Part shown: piece after piece, positions 24,293-38,400 of the stretch
Layout of the letters: the number at the start of each line of letters is the position of its first letter
Numbering within the stretch: position 1 is the stretch's first letter
Source of the DNA: Hyphochytrium catenoides
Taxonomy: Eukaryota > Protista > Hyphochytriomycota
Reading direction: 5' to 3'
Length of the DNA stretch: 47,787 nt
Assembly: GCA_900088475.1 (NCBI GenBank)
Contig: FLMG01004191.1
Coordinates: 1-47,787 of the forward strand
The notes under the pieces: generated by a model
Database searches by the model: none
Seen by the model: the letters and a program-made list of their open reading frames with translations, nothing else
Told to the model about the DNA's origin: nothing
Position numbers and translations under genes: made by a program

Positions 24293-25927
24293 CTAGAGCA
24301 TCACTAACTGTTTATCTCCATAGCCAAACTTTGTCTTGTGGGCATCAAAAATGCGTTGGAGCTCCCTCATGTACTGCTGATGGATTGCATCCACTTGTTC
24401 GTGCGTCGGATGCTCCACCTTTGGGACCTCAATGGGTTTACCATAGACGTGATGCAGCTTGACATCATCGTAGGGGAGCCAAGGGAGGAGTATGTTCCGG
24501 CCCCATGCCAGGACCAAAGCTGCCCCAAACGTCTTCTGGATCTTCTTCCGCAGTTGAAAAAGGAGCCTGCAACAGTGCAGGGGAGAGTGGCTTAGAGGAA
24601 AGACGCGTTTTCATGGTGACCTGGCAGTACGAGGGAACTGACGGACTTTAAAGAGATGATCGGGGGACGAGGTTGGATCAGGCCTGCGTAACGGCGACGA
24701 ACGAATGACCACAAGAGAAAAATTGGGCCCTTACGTGGACTGTGAGTACAAGTCTGTTTCCCCAAAGCAGTAGCATGGCACAATCGAGGCACCGTGAGCT
24801 AGCGCAAGCTTCACGAAGCCTATACCAATACAAAGAGAAGAAAGCAGGAGTCACGCCATGGTAGGTTAGAGATGAAGACAGCGTTTAGGACAATGAGCAC
24901 TGAACCCAAGAAGTGACTGCATGCGGGAGCGGGATATGTAGGAGATGAAGTGGAAGTTTGGAGACAGCCGAGAAGGAGAAGGGGATACCGTAGACACCAG
25001 CGATTACCTTTTCTGTGCTTGATAACGACAGTCTGGTCTCCGCGCTGAGAGAGTAATTGTTCTGCTTCTCCTCCCACCAGGATAACCAGACTCCTACCAC
25101 TGTTGAGAACCTAGCATTGTAGCAACGAATGTTCAGACTTTGCTTTATAATACCCGCGGTGGTGGTATTACTAGTTTCCTCACCTTATGAGCTACAGCCC
25201 TACTGGCGTCTACGCATCCAAACCATAACAGGAACTCCCTATAGAAAGGAATTTTAAAAACGACGGAAGCTCCTAGATCCCTCCTCTTCTCAGCAGGATA
25301 GACGCTGTATATGGAGGATAAAAAGGCGTTACAATGGTCACATAACGAGGTCACATAACCTGCACACTTACTCATGAAAGCTAGGGCTTCCGACGCCAGC
25401 CATCATGCAGCCATGGTGAATGGACATTACCCCGTGCTGTCGTGCATCGTGGTCATCAACATATGGAGAGTAAGAGTGAATGAAAACCAAGTGAAACGAG
25501 CAAAGGAAGAATGAGAATCACACGTCTACGTGCATCGAGTGACAAAGATGTCGAACGGTCATCTTCTGCTAACTTACTGGGTGGCTGCAGAATATGTACT
25601 GCTTCGTCTTGTCAAGCTCCTCCTCACAGGTCACGATGTAGGGGGTCTTTAGAACGCGGCGCCAAATAGGGTGCTCTGCGTACCACTGCCAGAACCTGAT
25701 AATGCTAGAAGTTACAGTCCATAGCAATGGCAAATTGCATTAGAAACTTACCGCCCCTCCGCAGTCCTTTCCGAACCATCCAGGAATGAAGGCAGATAGG
25801 CCCCAATTAGGCCGACGCATAGAGCCAGCATCCAGTTCTCGGGCAACAGCGTGAGAAGTACACCAAAAGCTGCAACTCCTGCCAGCAGACAGATGAGGAA
25901 TGTCCTCACAGCGCTGGATTGTCCCAT
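24293..25927 (-). CDS. DGAT2: Type-2 diacylglycerol/monoacylglycerol acyltransferase (DGAT2 family); 7 exons
   Basis: N-terminal TM pair; spliced YIFCSHP|HGV (HPHG), FKIPFYRE, LVGGEAE, RKG|FVKLA, IVPCYCFGETDLY, VYGKPIEVP, H..YM.EL.RIFD.HK. All introns are GT-AG and frame-consistent. Confidence 0.92.
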
Positions 25928-26949
25928 CCTTGTGGGTCTGGCTGTGTTACGAATCCTCGTCAACGAAGGCACTTGGTCAAAAGTCCTCGAGGCACCAAAC
26001 TCAGGGTGATGAACTTGGGCTGCCGACGAAGAGAAAGGAGGCGAAGAAAAGGCTCTATGCGAGACGAGCTGACCTATGGGACCCTGACATTGCTGATGAA
26101 GCTCAACTGGCTCGTCATCAGCCGATGAATGGATGGATCATCGCTCTCCTGCTTTTAGAAGAAGACTGCACTTGATGTCTGTCACGGCATCACCAGCCTG
26201 ACGGCGACGTGACCTCTCCACTTAAGAAGAGTTCCAGATGTCCTCCAGGCTTTATTCACTCAAGCTTTCTTTTTTTGATTCCTTCATGCAAAGTTCTTTT
26301 CCATAGGTTTGAAAGCCCCTGAGCTTCCGTTCTCTCATGAAGCTTTCCACATTTTGTCTGTATCTTTCATACAGAAGTGTTCGAGATAGTAGAACATTTA
26401 ATACCATGATCCGCTGTATTTATTACAGCGCGATCCAGAATAATGTGTGCCGGCGATCGAGGGGCTTTGAAAGGGCAGTTGGAGGGGAAGATAATCCTTT
26501 GAGAGCGGAGCCCGACAGCTGCTTTCGAATGCCCAAGTTGCTGAAGCTCTGGAAATGGACGGCACACTTGCCCTGACGTCTGGCGTGCTCCGTTATCGCT
26601 GCCTCCTGCGCCTGGCATCGCATCGCCGGTTCCAGACAGAAAGAACCAGCAGCCTTCCATCCCCCGGGGCAACGAGACGAAGGTTTCCACTTCCAATAGC
26701 TAACGACTGTTTTAGGGGAAGAGTTTTGCCGGCTCAAGTGTGCGTCTTATAAGTAGGGTTGGGACCTGCGTCCTCCTTGCTAGGAGCTCAAGCCTCGCGG
26801 GAAAAAGTCCCTTCGAGGGCCTGGTATCCCCGAGGGCTGACTTCTTGCGTTAGCTCACACGCGGATTCATTACAAGGGGAGGACCAGAGGGCCGAGCCCA
26901 TTGGGCGTCCTATTCTAGTGAAGCTGATCGGAAGGATCGAGAGGGCATA

Positions 26950-28597
26950 ATGGCAACAGGCGACGCAGACGAAAACAAGCTTCCGTTTGAAGACAATTTC
27001 TACTTCAGGGGCAGCTTCCTGTTGAAGTTATGGGTACCCACGGAGCAAGTTGGCCTTATTATTGGCAAACAGGGCAAGATGATAAAGAAGATATCAAAAG
27101 AGAGTGGCGCTATGGTCTCCCCGGTAAGCGTACCGTTCTCTACTACCTTATGACATGCTGTTAATGTAGCTGATGCTGAAGGAACCGGAGAATCCAGACT
27201 CAGCATGGGCATTAGTCACCGTCAAGGGTAAGCCACTCTCGGTATTCCGGGCTTATAAAGATATCGACAACCTAGTGGAAGGTATGTCAGTTGTTCCTTC
27301 TTATTATTCCGGGTCATAGCCTGTATGAAGAGTTTCGTTGCCGTGCTTTGCTTTGCAACAGAAATAGACGATTGTGTGGCCGAATTCTCAATACCAAAGC
27401 CGAAGCACGCGCTCGTCATTGGGAAGGATGGAAGAACCATCCGGCGGATAAGTAAGCCTTCCTAGATCTGCTCTAGTCCCAGCAGCACTCTCTTCCAAGC
27501 TTACACAGACCCTTTCTTCTGAATAGGTGCGGACACAAATGTCCGCATCTTTGTGCCGGGGGTGGATGAGGCGCAAGATAATGTTATACAGCTGGAAGGA
27601 GAGGTGATGAATGTTGCCAAAGCCTTCCGTGACATCTGTGCAGAGGTGTACAGGCGCCCAACACTAAGTAGAGATGACAACTGGAGAAAGGCGGAGCGAG
27701 GTATGGTCTAGAATCTTTTTGTTATTTGCTCTCCTCTACATCTATGCTTCCTCTCCCACTACCCTGCAAATATTGAGCTCAACTTAGTGCCAGTGGGCCT
27801 GACATGTAGTTATTTCACCAGGTAGTAAAGGCGAGGGAGATAAAGAAGATGCCTCTCAGGAGGATGTTGGCGTCGAGAGGCTCTCTATTCCTCTTCATAA
27901 ACTCAAAATTGTGGCAGGTGAGGACCTAAGACCCGCTACTCCATCCAGACACAGAAAGTAACTTGCTGGCGTTATTGGGATATAGGGAAGACTTCGAAGC
28001 TCCGGGCGGAATTGGCCAGACAGCTTGGTGTCTCGATACGTCTAGACACAACAGTAAGTCGTGTGGATCATGATGCTTAGGGGTAACTAGTGTACGCTAA
28101 TGTTTGAACTTCTCCACAAGGGACGAAGGGGTCAGAAGAATCAATCCACTGAGAGCGGAAAATCTTCTGACGTTGCGAACCAGATGGATGATGGCAAGGA
28201 GACTCCCAGAGCAGAAAGTGAGTCCGAGGAAGATGAGCACTCTGGCGATGTCCAAGATGAGAGTGGCGAGACAAGTCATCTTCCTGAGAAGTCACGAGGC
28301 ATCGTTATTAGCGGTCGTGCCGAAGATGTTCGAACAGCCGCTGCCACAATCAAGAAGTATTTGGAAGAAGACAATCGTTCTGGCAAGCACAGTGGGAAGG
28401 AGATCAAGACCAGGAAAGCACACATTCGGAAAGGGTCAGCTAATAGTAAGGGAGATGGAGCTGCGAAGAAGCCTAGGGGAAGAGGGCGCTCGCATAGTGC
28501 GGCCGCTAAAGGCAAGCACTTTGTTCCGCAAGTGAAGGAGGGAGGGGAAGTAGCAGTGGTCTCTGCGCCTTCACCTGCCACAGCTCCAGTGGAATAA
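26950..28597 (+). CDS. KH-domain RNA-binding protein (at least 2 clear KH domains, basic tail)
   Basis: LWVPTEQVGLIIGKQGKMIKKISKESGA and FSIPKPKHALVIGKDGRTIRRISADTNVRI carry GxxG loops. A third, degenerate KH is split around an acidic insert (IVISGRAEDVRTAA). Several GT-AG introns. Confidence 0.88.
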
Positions 28598-29495
28598 AGC
28601 CCAGCAGTTATGAAGTTGTGCTGCCGCCTAAGTTCATCGCTACTTGCACTAGCCATCTCTCTTTGTGGCAGCTCTGCGCTAGGTATATTTGTTGTTCCTG
28701 TGCCATCATGAGCGCGCTATTATTGAGTGATGAAGTTCAGCGATTAGCTCTGAGGTCAAGTGCTATCCCAATCACTGTCTTTCTAAATAGCTTCCGCGTG
28801 TAAAGCCTTTTTGGTCCGTCTCTGCACCATCCCTATGGTATGACTGGTAGACCCTTAGGAATATGATTCTTAAATGGCAATGTATGATGGTTTAGAGCGT
28901 CTGGCCCTGCTCACTCCTCTGCTGGAGTCATTATAAGTCCAAGGGTAAGTCCGGACGCTGGTGGACCCTCTATTCTCTGCAGAACGTGAAGAACTTCTAC
29001 CTCTTCATCTTCGCGGAAGGTAACCTCAGCAGACATCACGATCTTCATGGGAGAATACCTGCTCTTTGTCTCAGTTTTGCCCTTGTTATTTGTGGACTTT
29101 TGACCTTTGATGCCCGCTGATGACTGACGCGTTCCTCCTCACATCATCAAAAAAAAGGAGCAAAACGGTAGTGCGCTGGTGCTGTGTTTGTACCTGGTAA
29201 GCTAAAGGATAAAGACAAGGGTAAAACGGTACTTCGTACTCATAGAGTTGTTCTGTGTTACTCTACTGTACGTACACGTGCTGATACGACTACTGTACAG
29301 CATCCCTTCCAGAGGACCTCCAGGTGTCGGAGGCTACCGTTTCAGTCGTCTGCGATGGAGTGTGAGATGGTGCGGCACAGGGAAAGCGAACCGACACTCG
29401 AGCCCAACCTCTCTACCTTCCTCCCGTGGTGCTGTTGATCGTGAGCCGAGGAAGGGATTACCCAGTTGCTTGCGTGGGAGGATGGCACTCCCATC

Positions 29496-32400
29496 ATGCT
29501 TGGAAGTGGATCAAGCAAACACGCTTCACTAGGGCAAATGCTGATCCGCTATAAGCGCCGTATGGATAGTGGCACAGCTAGAAACGCAAAGAATCGTCTC
29601 CTTGAGGCACCGCGGTCACGGCTGGGAAGTCAGGAAGCAAACCATGTGGAAGGGTAAGAGGGTTAGGCGATAGCCTTTGAGGACAAGTTGGACAAAGGAG
29701 AAGCAGGCAGCTCGGCGAGGCGGAGAACCCTCTCTCCTCTAAACTGCAGAGGATGTGGCACCGGCCAAGCATTTCCTCTCTCTACTTTGAAGGCCGGGTT
29801 GAGAATGGGCAGGGAAAGAAGGAATACCAGCTTGCTGCGGGGCCGTATCAGCTAATGAAGAAACATGGCAGGAAGGAGGCAGAGCTGCGACGTGCAGTCG
29901 GACAACAAGAAAGCGATCCGGCCGCCATTCAGGAAGAACAGTCGATGGAGGCAGTTCCACCTTCTACTGCTTTGGACCCCAAGGTGCAGGCGCCTTATGT
30001 GACGGAGTCAGGCGAAACGCCTCGGCAGCTGTTGGTTCAAAGAAAGAAACGGCAGTTTGCGGAGTTCAACATATCGAGAGCTTTGAGGTCCTCAGCAATT
30101 GACACAGCCATTTTACATAGAGATGATGAACAGAGCGCCCAAACACTTTCTGAACTCACATTCGGCCTCGAACAGTTTGACAACTCAGAATATGAAGACG
30201 TGCCTTTGGATATGCGCATTCAAATTGTTCTTAGTGGCCGCACATTGCCAGCCAGAGCTCTGCGAAAGACTGCCTCCGATGGATACCACTGGGCAACATG
30301 CATCGTCAATGGATACCGGCCCAAGACCCAAACCTTCCAGATACAATGGTCTAGCGATGGCAGTGGCTGTACAGTCAAGAGACTATGTGTCTGCTTTGAT
30401 GACGAAGATCCTGAGCGTTTTGTCAGCCGCATCGTCGAGGCCGTTAAAGCTCGGATATTGGCCTATCAAGCTGTCCAGGTCAATCTCTACACAGAGTTCA
30501 TGCCACCTGACGACAACATGGGGCTGGACCCTGAGCTGATTAGGCGGCTTGTCAGCGGAGTACTGGCCCAGACTAAGCGATCCGCTAAGGGACAGCAGAG
30601 CGACCCGAAGGCCCTGCTCAAAGAAGTCCAGCACGATTTCACTAAATGTATGAATAAGATTGTATGCATGGATAGAGCCAACAAAGGGAACGGCGTAGAC
30701 GCGACCCTGCAGTCACTGCTCTCAGCCATCACCCAACAAGGAACATCTCAGGCCAAGAAAGATTATGAGGTTCTTGAAGGCGTCAATGTGCGGGTAAGAG
30801 TTTCTTTAGCTGGCAGCTATCTATCGCTCTTATAAGAGGTCACGTCTCCCTTAAGACACCATACAAGCATTTCGCAATCCTCACACTCACACTGTCCGCT
30901 TAGCTCTTGCTATCACTTCTCCAACCTTATCGCTGGGTAATTTCGCGTTTGTTCGCGTTTCAATCTTCTCTGTCTGAGTCTGACTTCCTCTGAGAATGAA
31001 AGAACAATGTACTTGTTCAAACCGGGTCTCTAGATGTGTCCTCACTCCTTCTCCATGGGTCTTGTATGGACCCCACCTCCCTTTCGCAGGGCACCCTGCA
31101 GGTCTTCTCCTTCAAGTCATTCCTAGTCAAGCCGGAAGCGATCGCGATCATTGTCCACGTCAAAGGAGAATGCAGTCGTATGGCACAGGTGGGGAACTAT
31201 GGAAGATACTATTACCTAATCATAGTCGGGAGGAGATCCAGGAAAAAGGAGAGTCACGAAATGGTTATAAGATGATCCACAGAGGGAGAGGGTAATGGGG
31301 GGAAGAGGCGGTAAGAAGCTAAAAGAGTTGATGATGCTGATGTCGTCTCCTTTCTCTTGGTGCAACCTAGCAAAAACTCTTCAACTGCAATATATCCAAA
31401 AGCGTCACTTGTGATGAGTTCGAGCAGCTACAGATGGGTGCTAGCGCTACACTTCAAACAATCGTTCGCGAGTCCTGGATAAGTGGCATTAGACAGAGCA
31501 TTAAGTCTGCTCTGTCTGAGGTGCAAAAGGGCTCTTTCTATTTAGGAGAAACAGACTCGAGTGTCTATGAGCAAAGCAAGCTTAAGAAGCTTCTAGATTT
31601 GGTGAATCTAATGATGCAGGATGCCTTACGGCTGATGGTTAGGGATAGTGTACACGCCTATAGGGATCAGATCCTAAGAAGAGTGGACCCTTCATTGCAA
31701 ATTGTCTCTGTCAACAAGACAGAGACTAAGCAGGTAAGCAATCCTATAGGCTATAGTAGGGGCGGCACAAGCGGGCAAGGTAGACAACAGGGCTATAGGT
31801 GAACACGTGGAGGACATAAACGACATAGAGGTGCTAGGCAACAGCATCAGAATGGAGCGAGGGTTATTGATCTCAAGACCCAAAGACAAAAGACAGAAAG
31901 ATGCCGAGTATTAGGAATTGTGGGTCTCGCCATTGTTGAGATGAAACAAACTCCTACCGGGGAAGAGACAGTAGGAACCTGTGGGAACCCCACACTGAAG
32001 ACATTGGAGAGCCTGCGGCAGGGAGATTGTTGACGGGGAAAGGTGGAGGAGAGTTTATTGTCGAGCTACTAGCAAAGTGGGGGCCCTAGAGTGTCCAGGG
32101 ATAACGAGTTTGACACCAAGCATTTCTAGGTCTCAAAGGCTCTGAGGATGTCTCCGCTCTTCTCCCTCGAGATCCGTATTGACTATGTTGAAGCTGGCAA
32201 GCCCAAACTTGCTTACACGACAGACCTAGGGAAGTTCATAACGTTACCATTGCAGCTTCTAGAGAAGTCTGTGACATCTCTCCAGAACCTCGTGCGCATA
32301 GAGAGGCACGTGATGGAAGAACTCTTCTGGAGCGAAGATCCTCTTATTTCTCTGTCTATCAGCCCAGACTGGCTGTTATCTCAGAGGAACGAGATTGAGA

Positions 32401-35400
32401 AAGCGCTTGAAACAGCAGTAAGCCCCTTGACGGAATATCTTCGATCCTTTGACCCCATGCTCGCCTTTCTTGGGCTTGACCTAAAGAGCTTCATGGCTGA
32501 TGTGACGGCCAAGTGGGCGGAATCATTTGAAGCGTTGGATGCCAAAGCGCTAATCAGCTTAGTAGTAGAGCACCAAAGGAAGAAGCAGGAAGTGGACGTG
32601 CAAGGTAAGCCATGTGTTCACCTATTCAACTCTCTATCTCACGCCTTGGCGCCTTGCAAAGAATCCTCACAGCAATCCTTTGTTCTGGGTGCTATTCATT
32701 GTGCCGTTCATCTACCATGGTAGTAATTCTCTTTTGAAGATAGCAAAAGAGTTTCTTTGTCCGTTCTATATCCCTCCGTGAGCTAGCTGCTCTTAACCTT
32801 GCTACGTTCTTGAGCCGCATCTCCTCCCAGTACTCTTAACCTTATTCTCTTCCTTACCTCTATTGCGCCTCGACCTCGGTAAATGTCGGTCGCGCTCGGA
32901 GCGCAGTACCCGCTTTCATCACCCTCGGCCTTTTTACGGTGAACTGCATGGAGATTCGCAGCGAGATGGAGAAGAAGCACGAGAAGATCGCCAAGCTGGC
33001 ACTTGAACTTCTGCTCCAACGGCTGAGTGAGGGTTGTAGGGAGGCACTCAAAGCCTTTGACAAGATTGCAGAGCAACTGCAGGAACCTACAGTTACCTTG
33101 GAGGATGTTTTCAAGCGGCGAGAGTTCATCAACACGGTGCCTGCTTTGTTAGAAGCTATAAAGCAGCGCACTCAGAAGGTCTTTGACTTGTATAACGAGT
33201 TGGAGGCCAATCACTTTCGAGTCTCTCCACAGGATTTTGCTGCAAGATGGAAACTATTGGGTGGTCCTTCCATGGTGCAAGCTTTGGTACGACCTCGATT
33301 GTCGAGTTCGATTGTGTCTTTATCTGCCTGTTGCTACCTGCTTTTGCTTGCTTCTGCTTACTCTATATTCTCAGGCCAGCTTGACACTCCGATGCAGCCT
33401 GAAATCTGTCTCTCCTTATAAAGCCGTTCGGGACGAATGCTTTCTCTTTTGCTCTCTTGTTTCTCACAATCCCTTCGATATGAGCCGCAATCTCTCTTGT
33501 CTCCTCTACTTTAGGCACGGAATAGAATCCCTTTATCATTTCCTCTTTCCTCCATGACGTCTGTGTCTTCCAATCCTCTTCTATCCCTGACTCTGCGTCC
33601 ACGATGGTTATCCTTAGGTCAAGAAGACAGTGCAGAGACTTGATGCTGAGGTTACAGCGTTAATAGCGGCACAGCAGGAGAATACTATGGAGTTCGGGGA
33701 GAAGCTCAAGCAGTTGCAGGGAGAGGTTTCCCAGCTCTCTCTTCTACATGATGTTAGGCAATTCCATCAAATTATGCCCCATATCTCACGAATAAAGGAG
33801 GATCTGAACAAAGCAGACGAGGAAGCCACTCTACTACGATCTCGGAATCGGCTCCTAGGCAAGGAGGATGCAGAAGAGCTTTCCCTTCTCACGCAAATGA
33901 GCAAAGAGTTCGAGCCCTACTGCACGTTGTGGGAGACCATTGAAAGGTGGAAAGAGAGCCAAGATAGTAGGCAGAAGGATTCTCTGTTTTCGCTGGATCC
34001 TGATAAGATTGAAACGGAGGCCACAGAATGCAACAGAAACATCAATAAGGCTTTAAAGTTCTTTGAGAAGCAGTCAAACGGTATGAGGAAATTGAAGGCC
34101 ACAACCGTTTCTCCGCCTGCCGTTCCCTGTCTCTCTATGTGTTTAGCCTCATTTCTTTTCCAAGTCGCATATATCTGCCCTTTCCCTTTCCCAGGAGACA
34201 CAGGCTCTATCTCCCTCTCTCATGCATTAAAGCTAGAAGTTAGAGCTTTTCTGCTTGTCATTTCGCACTGTGTTCTGTGGGCTTTATATTTCTACTCCTG
34301 GTTTCCTGGAGCGGTAGGCAGCCTAACTTATCGTTCTTCCTATGCCTTCAATCACCGTTGCTGCTTGTTACGGGTCCCCTATTGTCTTCTAAAGGTGCTG
34401 GATGTCTGAAGCTAGCCAGCGAAATTCGAAAGCAGATTGATCTATTCCTTCCCAGCATTCCTCTTATTATTGCGCTCTGTAGCAGAGGAATGAAGGAGAG
34501 GCACTGGCAGGCGATTAGAGAGCAAACAGGACTACCGATAGAGCCAGGGTGCGTGACTTTCTCTGGGTTGGACTGCCACGCTATCTTAACAACCCCTACC
34601 TTTGTTCTCTCTATTCTCCTCTTCCTCCTTGTCTCTCTTTCTTCTCTCTTTCCTTCTTTTTCACAGTGCACAGGTCGTCTTATACTATATCTCACTTGCG
34701 TCCTATAGTCGCTTCTAGGGTTGCAGTCCTGCCTACGTACTGCGCCTCTTGACATCTCTTCATATGCTACATGTTGGTTATCTTTTCAACTCAAGCCTTC
34801 CATTTCGGGGATTGTTACTTGTGGCTGTGTTCAGTCTTCTGAAACATCCTTTGTTCCCAAATAGGCCATCACTCACTTTGAACGGCGTACTGGCGCTCGA
34901 TCTAGACAGCCACATGGCAACACTACTAAAGGTTGGGGAGAGAGCAAGCAAGGAGTACACCATAGAACAAACTCTAGCAAAAATGGAATCGGCATGGGAA
35001 GGAGTTGAGCTGGAATTGGTGCCGTACCGAGAGACGGGCACCTATATTCTTAAAGGAGTTGACGACTACATGGCAATCCTCGACGAGCAGACCAACCTCA
35101 CACAGGCTTTATGCTTCTCCTCTTTTAAAGGCCCCTTCGAGCAGAGGTAGAGGTCGCTCGATCACGTCTTCCTGCATCTCCCTCGCTGTGGCCCTGAACT
35201 AGTTGTCCATCCTTGAAATGTTTAGTTAGGTCGTCGTCCTCCATGCTGAGGCATGACTTGACTGCTCATTCTCATTTAGATGCTTGGGATTCGCTCTGTC
35301 TACGTTTTTCAGGTCTAACCAAGCATTTTCATAGGATAACGGAGTGGAACGACACGCTGCGGTTGGTCAGTGAGGTGCTCGATGAATGGATTAAGGTTCA

Positions 35401-38400
35401 GCGAAACTGGCTCTATCTTCAGCCTATTTTTGACTCTCCTGACATCAACAAGCAGCTCCCGACAGAGGGAAAGCGGTTCGGGACGGTAGATAAGACCTGG
35501 CGCTCCACCATGAATGCGGCTCGGACCTCTAGGTCTGTGTTGAAATTTTGCGCCAGTCAGAAGCTCTGCGATAGGTTCGAAGAGGCTAGCCGGTTTCTTG
35601 AGATGATCCAAAAGGGTCTGAGCGACTATTTGGAGACGAAGCGGGCGGTCTTTTCCCGATTCTACTTCCTCTCCAACGATGAGCTTCTAGATATTCTATC
35701 ACAGACGAAGGACCCAACAGCTGTTCAGCCACACCTTAAAAAGTGCTTTGAGGGCATCAAGGCGGTAGAGTTTAGCCCGCAGATGGCCATCACTGAGATG
35801 ATCTCTTCAGAAGGAGAGAAAATTCCTTTCTCAACCCCGGTAGTCACAGAAGGAAGAGGCATTGAGTTCTGGATGAATGATCTTCGCTTACAAATGACAC
35901 AAGGTGTCCGCAAGCAGCTTCTGGACGCCATAAAGGACTATCCAGCGGTAGCCCGGACGCTATGGGTGCAGAAGTGGCCAGGCCAGGTAGTCATCAACGG
36001 CAGTCAAGTACATTGGACGCTAGAGACCGAGGCGCTCCTCAGGAGCAAAGGTCGGCAGGGTTTGAAGGAGTACTATGACCAAATTATAGCCCAACTGTCC
36101 GACATGGTGACTTTAATCAGAGGAAAGCTGAGTAAGATGGCCAGAGTAACTATTGGAGCCTTATCTGTGATTGACGTCCATGCACGGGATGTCATCTACC
36201 TTATGTATCAGCAAGGAGTAGAGACCACCACGGATTTTGATTGGGCCAGACAAATGCGCTTCTATTGGGCGGACAATGGTCGGCAGGAACAAGGAGAGAC
36301 AAGGGAAGAGGGTGGAGATCTTTTCGTAGAGATGGTGACCTCCAGTCAGCCCTATGGCTACGAGTACCTTGGAAATAGCCCGCGGTTGGTTATCACTCCG
36401 CTCACCGACAAGTGCTACCTAACGATTATGGGAGCGCTGCAGATGATTTTAGGCGCAGCCCCTGCCGGCCCTGCGGGGACTGGGAAGACTGAGACCACTA
36501 AGGACTTGGCCAAGGCTCTAGCCAAGCAGTGTGTGGTCTTTAACTGTTCCGATGGGCTAGACTATCTTGCAATGGGAAAGTTCTTCAAGGGACTTGCGTC
36601 CTCAGGAGCTTGGGCATGCTTTGATGAGTTCAATCGGATCAATGTGGAAGTCCTTTCCGTTATTGCTCAACAGATTATGACTCTCCAGCACGCTGTGCAG
36701 AGGAAGCAGGCCTTGGTGCGCTTTGAAGGAACAGACCTGCCCATCGACCCATCCTTTGCCGTCTTTATCACCATGAACCCAGGCTATGCCGGCCGTTCCG
36801 ACCTACCGGATAACTTGGCTTCTCTCTTCCGACCTGTGGCCATGATGGTTCCTGACTATACTCTGATTGGGGAGATTATGCTCTTTTCTTTTGGGTTCTT
36901 GAAGGCCAAGGTCTGCGCGGAAAAGATGGTAGCCACTTTTCGCCTTTGCTCGGAGCAGCTTTCATCTCAAGATCACTATGACTATGGAATGAGGGCAGTT
37001 AAGACGACGATCACAGCAGCCGGGAATCTCAAGAGGACAGACCCAGAGATGGACGAGGAGCTGCTCCTTATGCGAGCCCTCAGAGACGTGAACATGCCCA
37101 AATTCCTAGCTCACGACATTCCGCTGTTTGAGGGCATAATGTCAGACTTATTCCCTGGGGCTCAGGAGAGCAAAAGCGATTATGGGCAACTGCTTCGCTC
37201 GCTACATACCACAGCAATTAAATTTGGCCTTCAGCCAGTTCCGTCTTTTATTCAGAAGTGCGTCCAGCTCTATGAGACGGTTTGCGTTCGACACGGCCTA
37301 ATGCTAGTGGGCGCCAGTGGTGGAGGAAAGAGCTGCAACCTACGGACGCTGGCTGAAAGCTTGACCCGTCTAAAGATCGATGAGGTGCGTGGACCACGGT
37401 TTGAGAAGGTTCAGGTGAGCTATATGAACCCAAAGTCAGTCACCATGGGACAGCTCTATGGAGAGTACGACCCGAACACTCACGAGTGGAAGGACGGAGT
37501 GCTGGCCTCAGTCATCAGAAGCTGTACGCGAGACACAGGCCGGGAGCTAAAATGGGTCGTCTTTGACGGTCCTGTGGACGCGCTCTGGATCGAGAACATG
37601 AACACGGTTTTAGACGATAACAAAAAGCTCTGCCTGACGAGCGGAGAGATTATGGCGCTAACTGATGAAATGACAATGGCCTTCGAGACTGACGACCTCT
37701 CCGTCGCGTCCCCCGCCACTGTGAGCCGCTGCGGGATGGTCTATATGGAACCCGAGGCTTTAGGGTATGACGTCCTCTTCACTAGCTGGCTGGAGAAACT
37801 TCCGGCGGTGTTACGTAAGCAAGGCGGGGAGACGCTCCGGAAGGCTTTTGACCAATATGTCGGTTCTGGGCTAGCTATCATGCGCCAGCATCTAACCCAG
37901 CCTTTCTCTGTAAAGCCCAATGCACTAGTCCAGTCACTGCTGAACATATTGGATGGCTTTATTGAGGAAGTTCAAGCAGGGGAGATGTCGGCCACTAGTG
38001 GTGACAACGCCCAGATGACAGAACTCTCTGCCATAATTGAACCCCTGTTCCTCTTTTCTTTGGTTTGGTCCATAGGCGCAACTACTGACTACGGGGGTCG
38101 CTGTGTCTTTGACCGCTGGCTTCGTGCTGAGATGGAGAGTCATTCTGCATCTTCCCTTTTTCCACCTCAGGCCACAGTGTACGACTTTACCTTCGATAAA
38201 GAGTCCAAGAAATGGACTCCATGGGCTACTGCTATCGGTCCATACATCCCGGATTCACGTCTATCTTTCTCAGAGATCATCGTGCCGACACCAGATGTTG
38301 TTCGCTACTCTTTCCTTCTGAACTTGCTCATGAGAAATGGCAAGCACACACTCATGACAGGACCCACCGGTACCGGCAAGACTATCAATATAGTGAAGAA

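Noticed and set aside
28700-29120. Splice-like signals suggesting a small spliced gene between the KH gene and the dynein
   Set aside because: No convincing frame-consistent product on either strand; needs RNA-seq.
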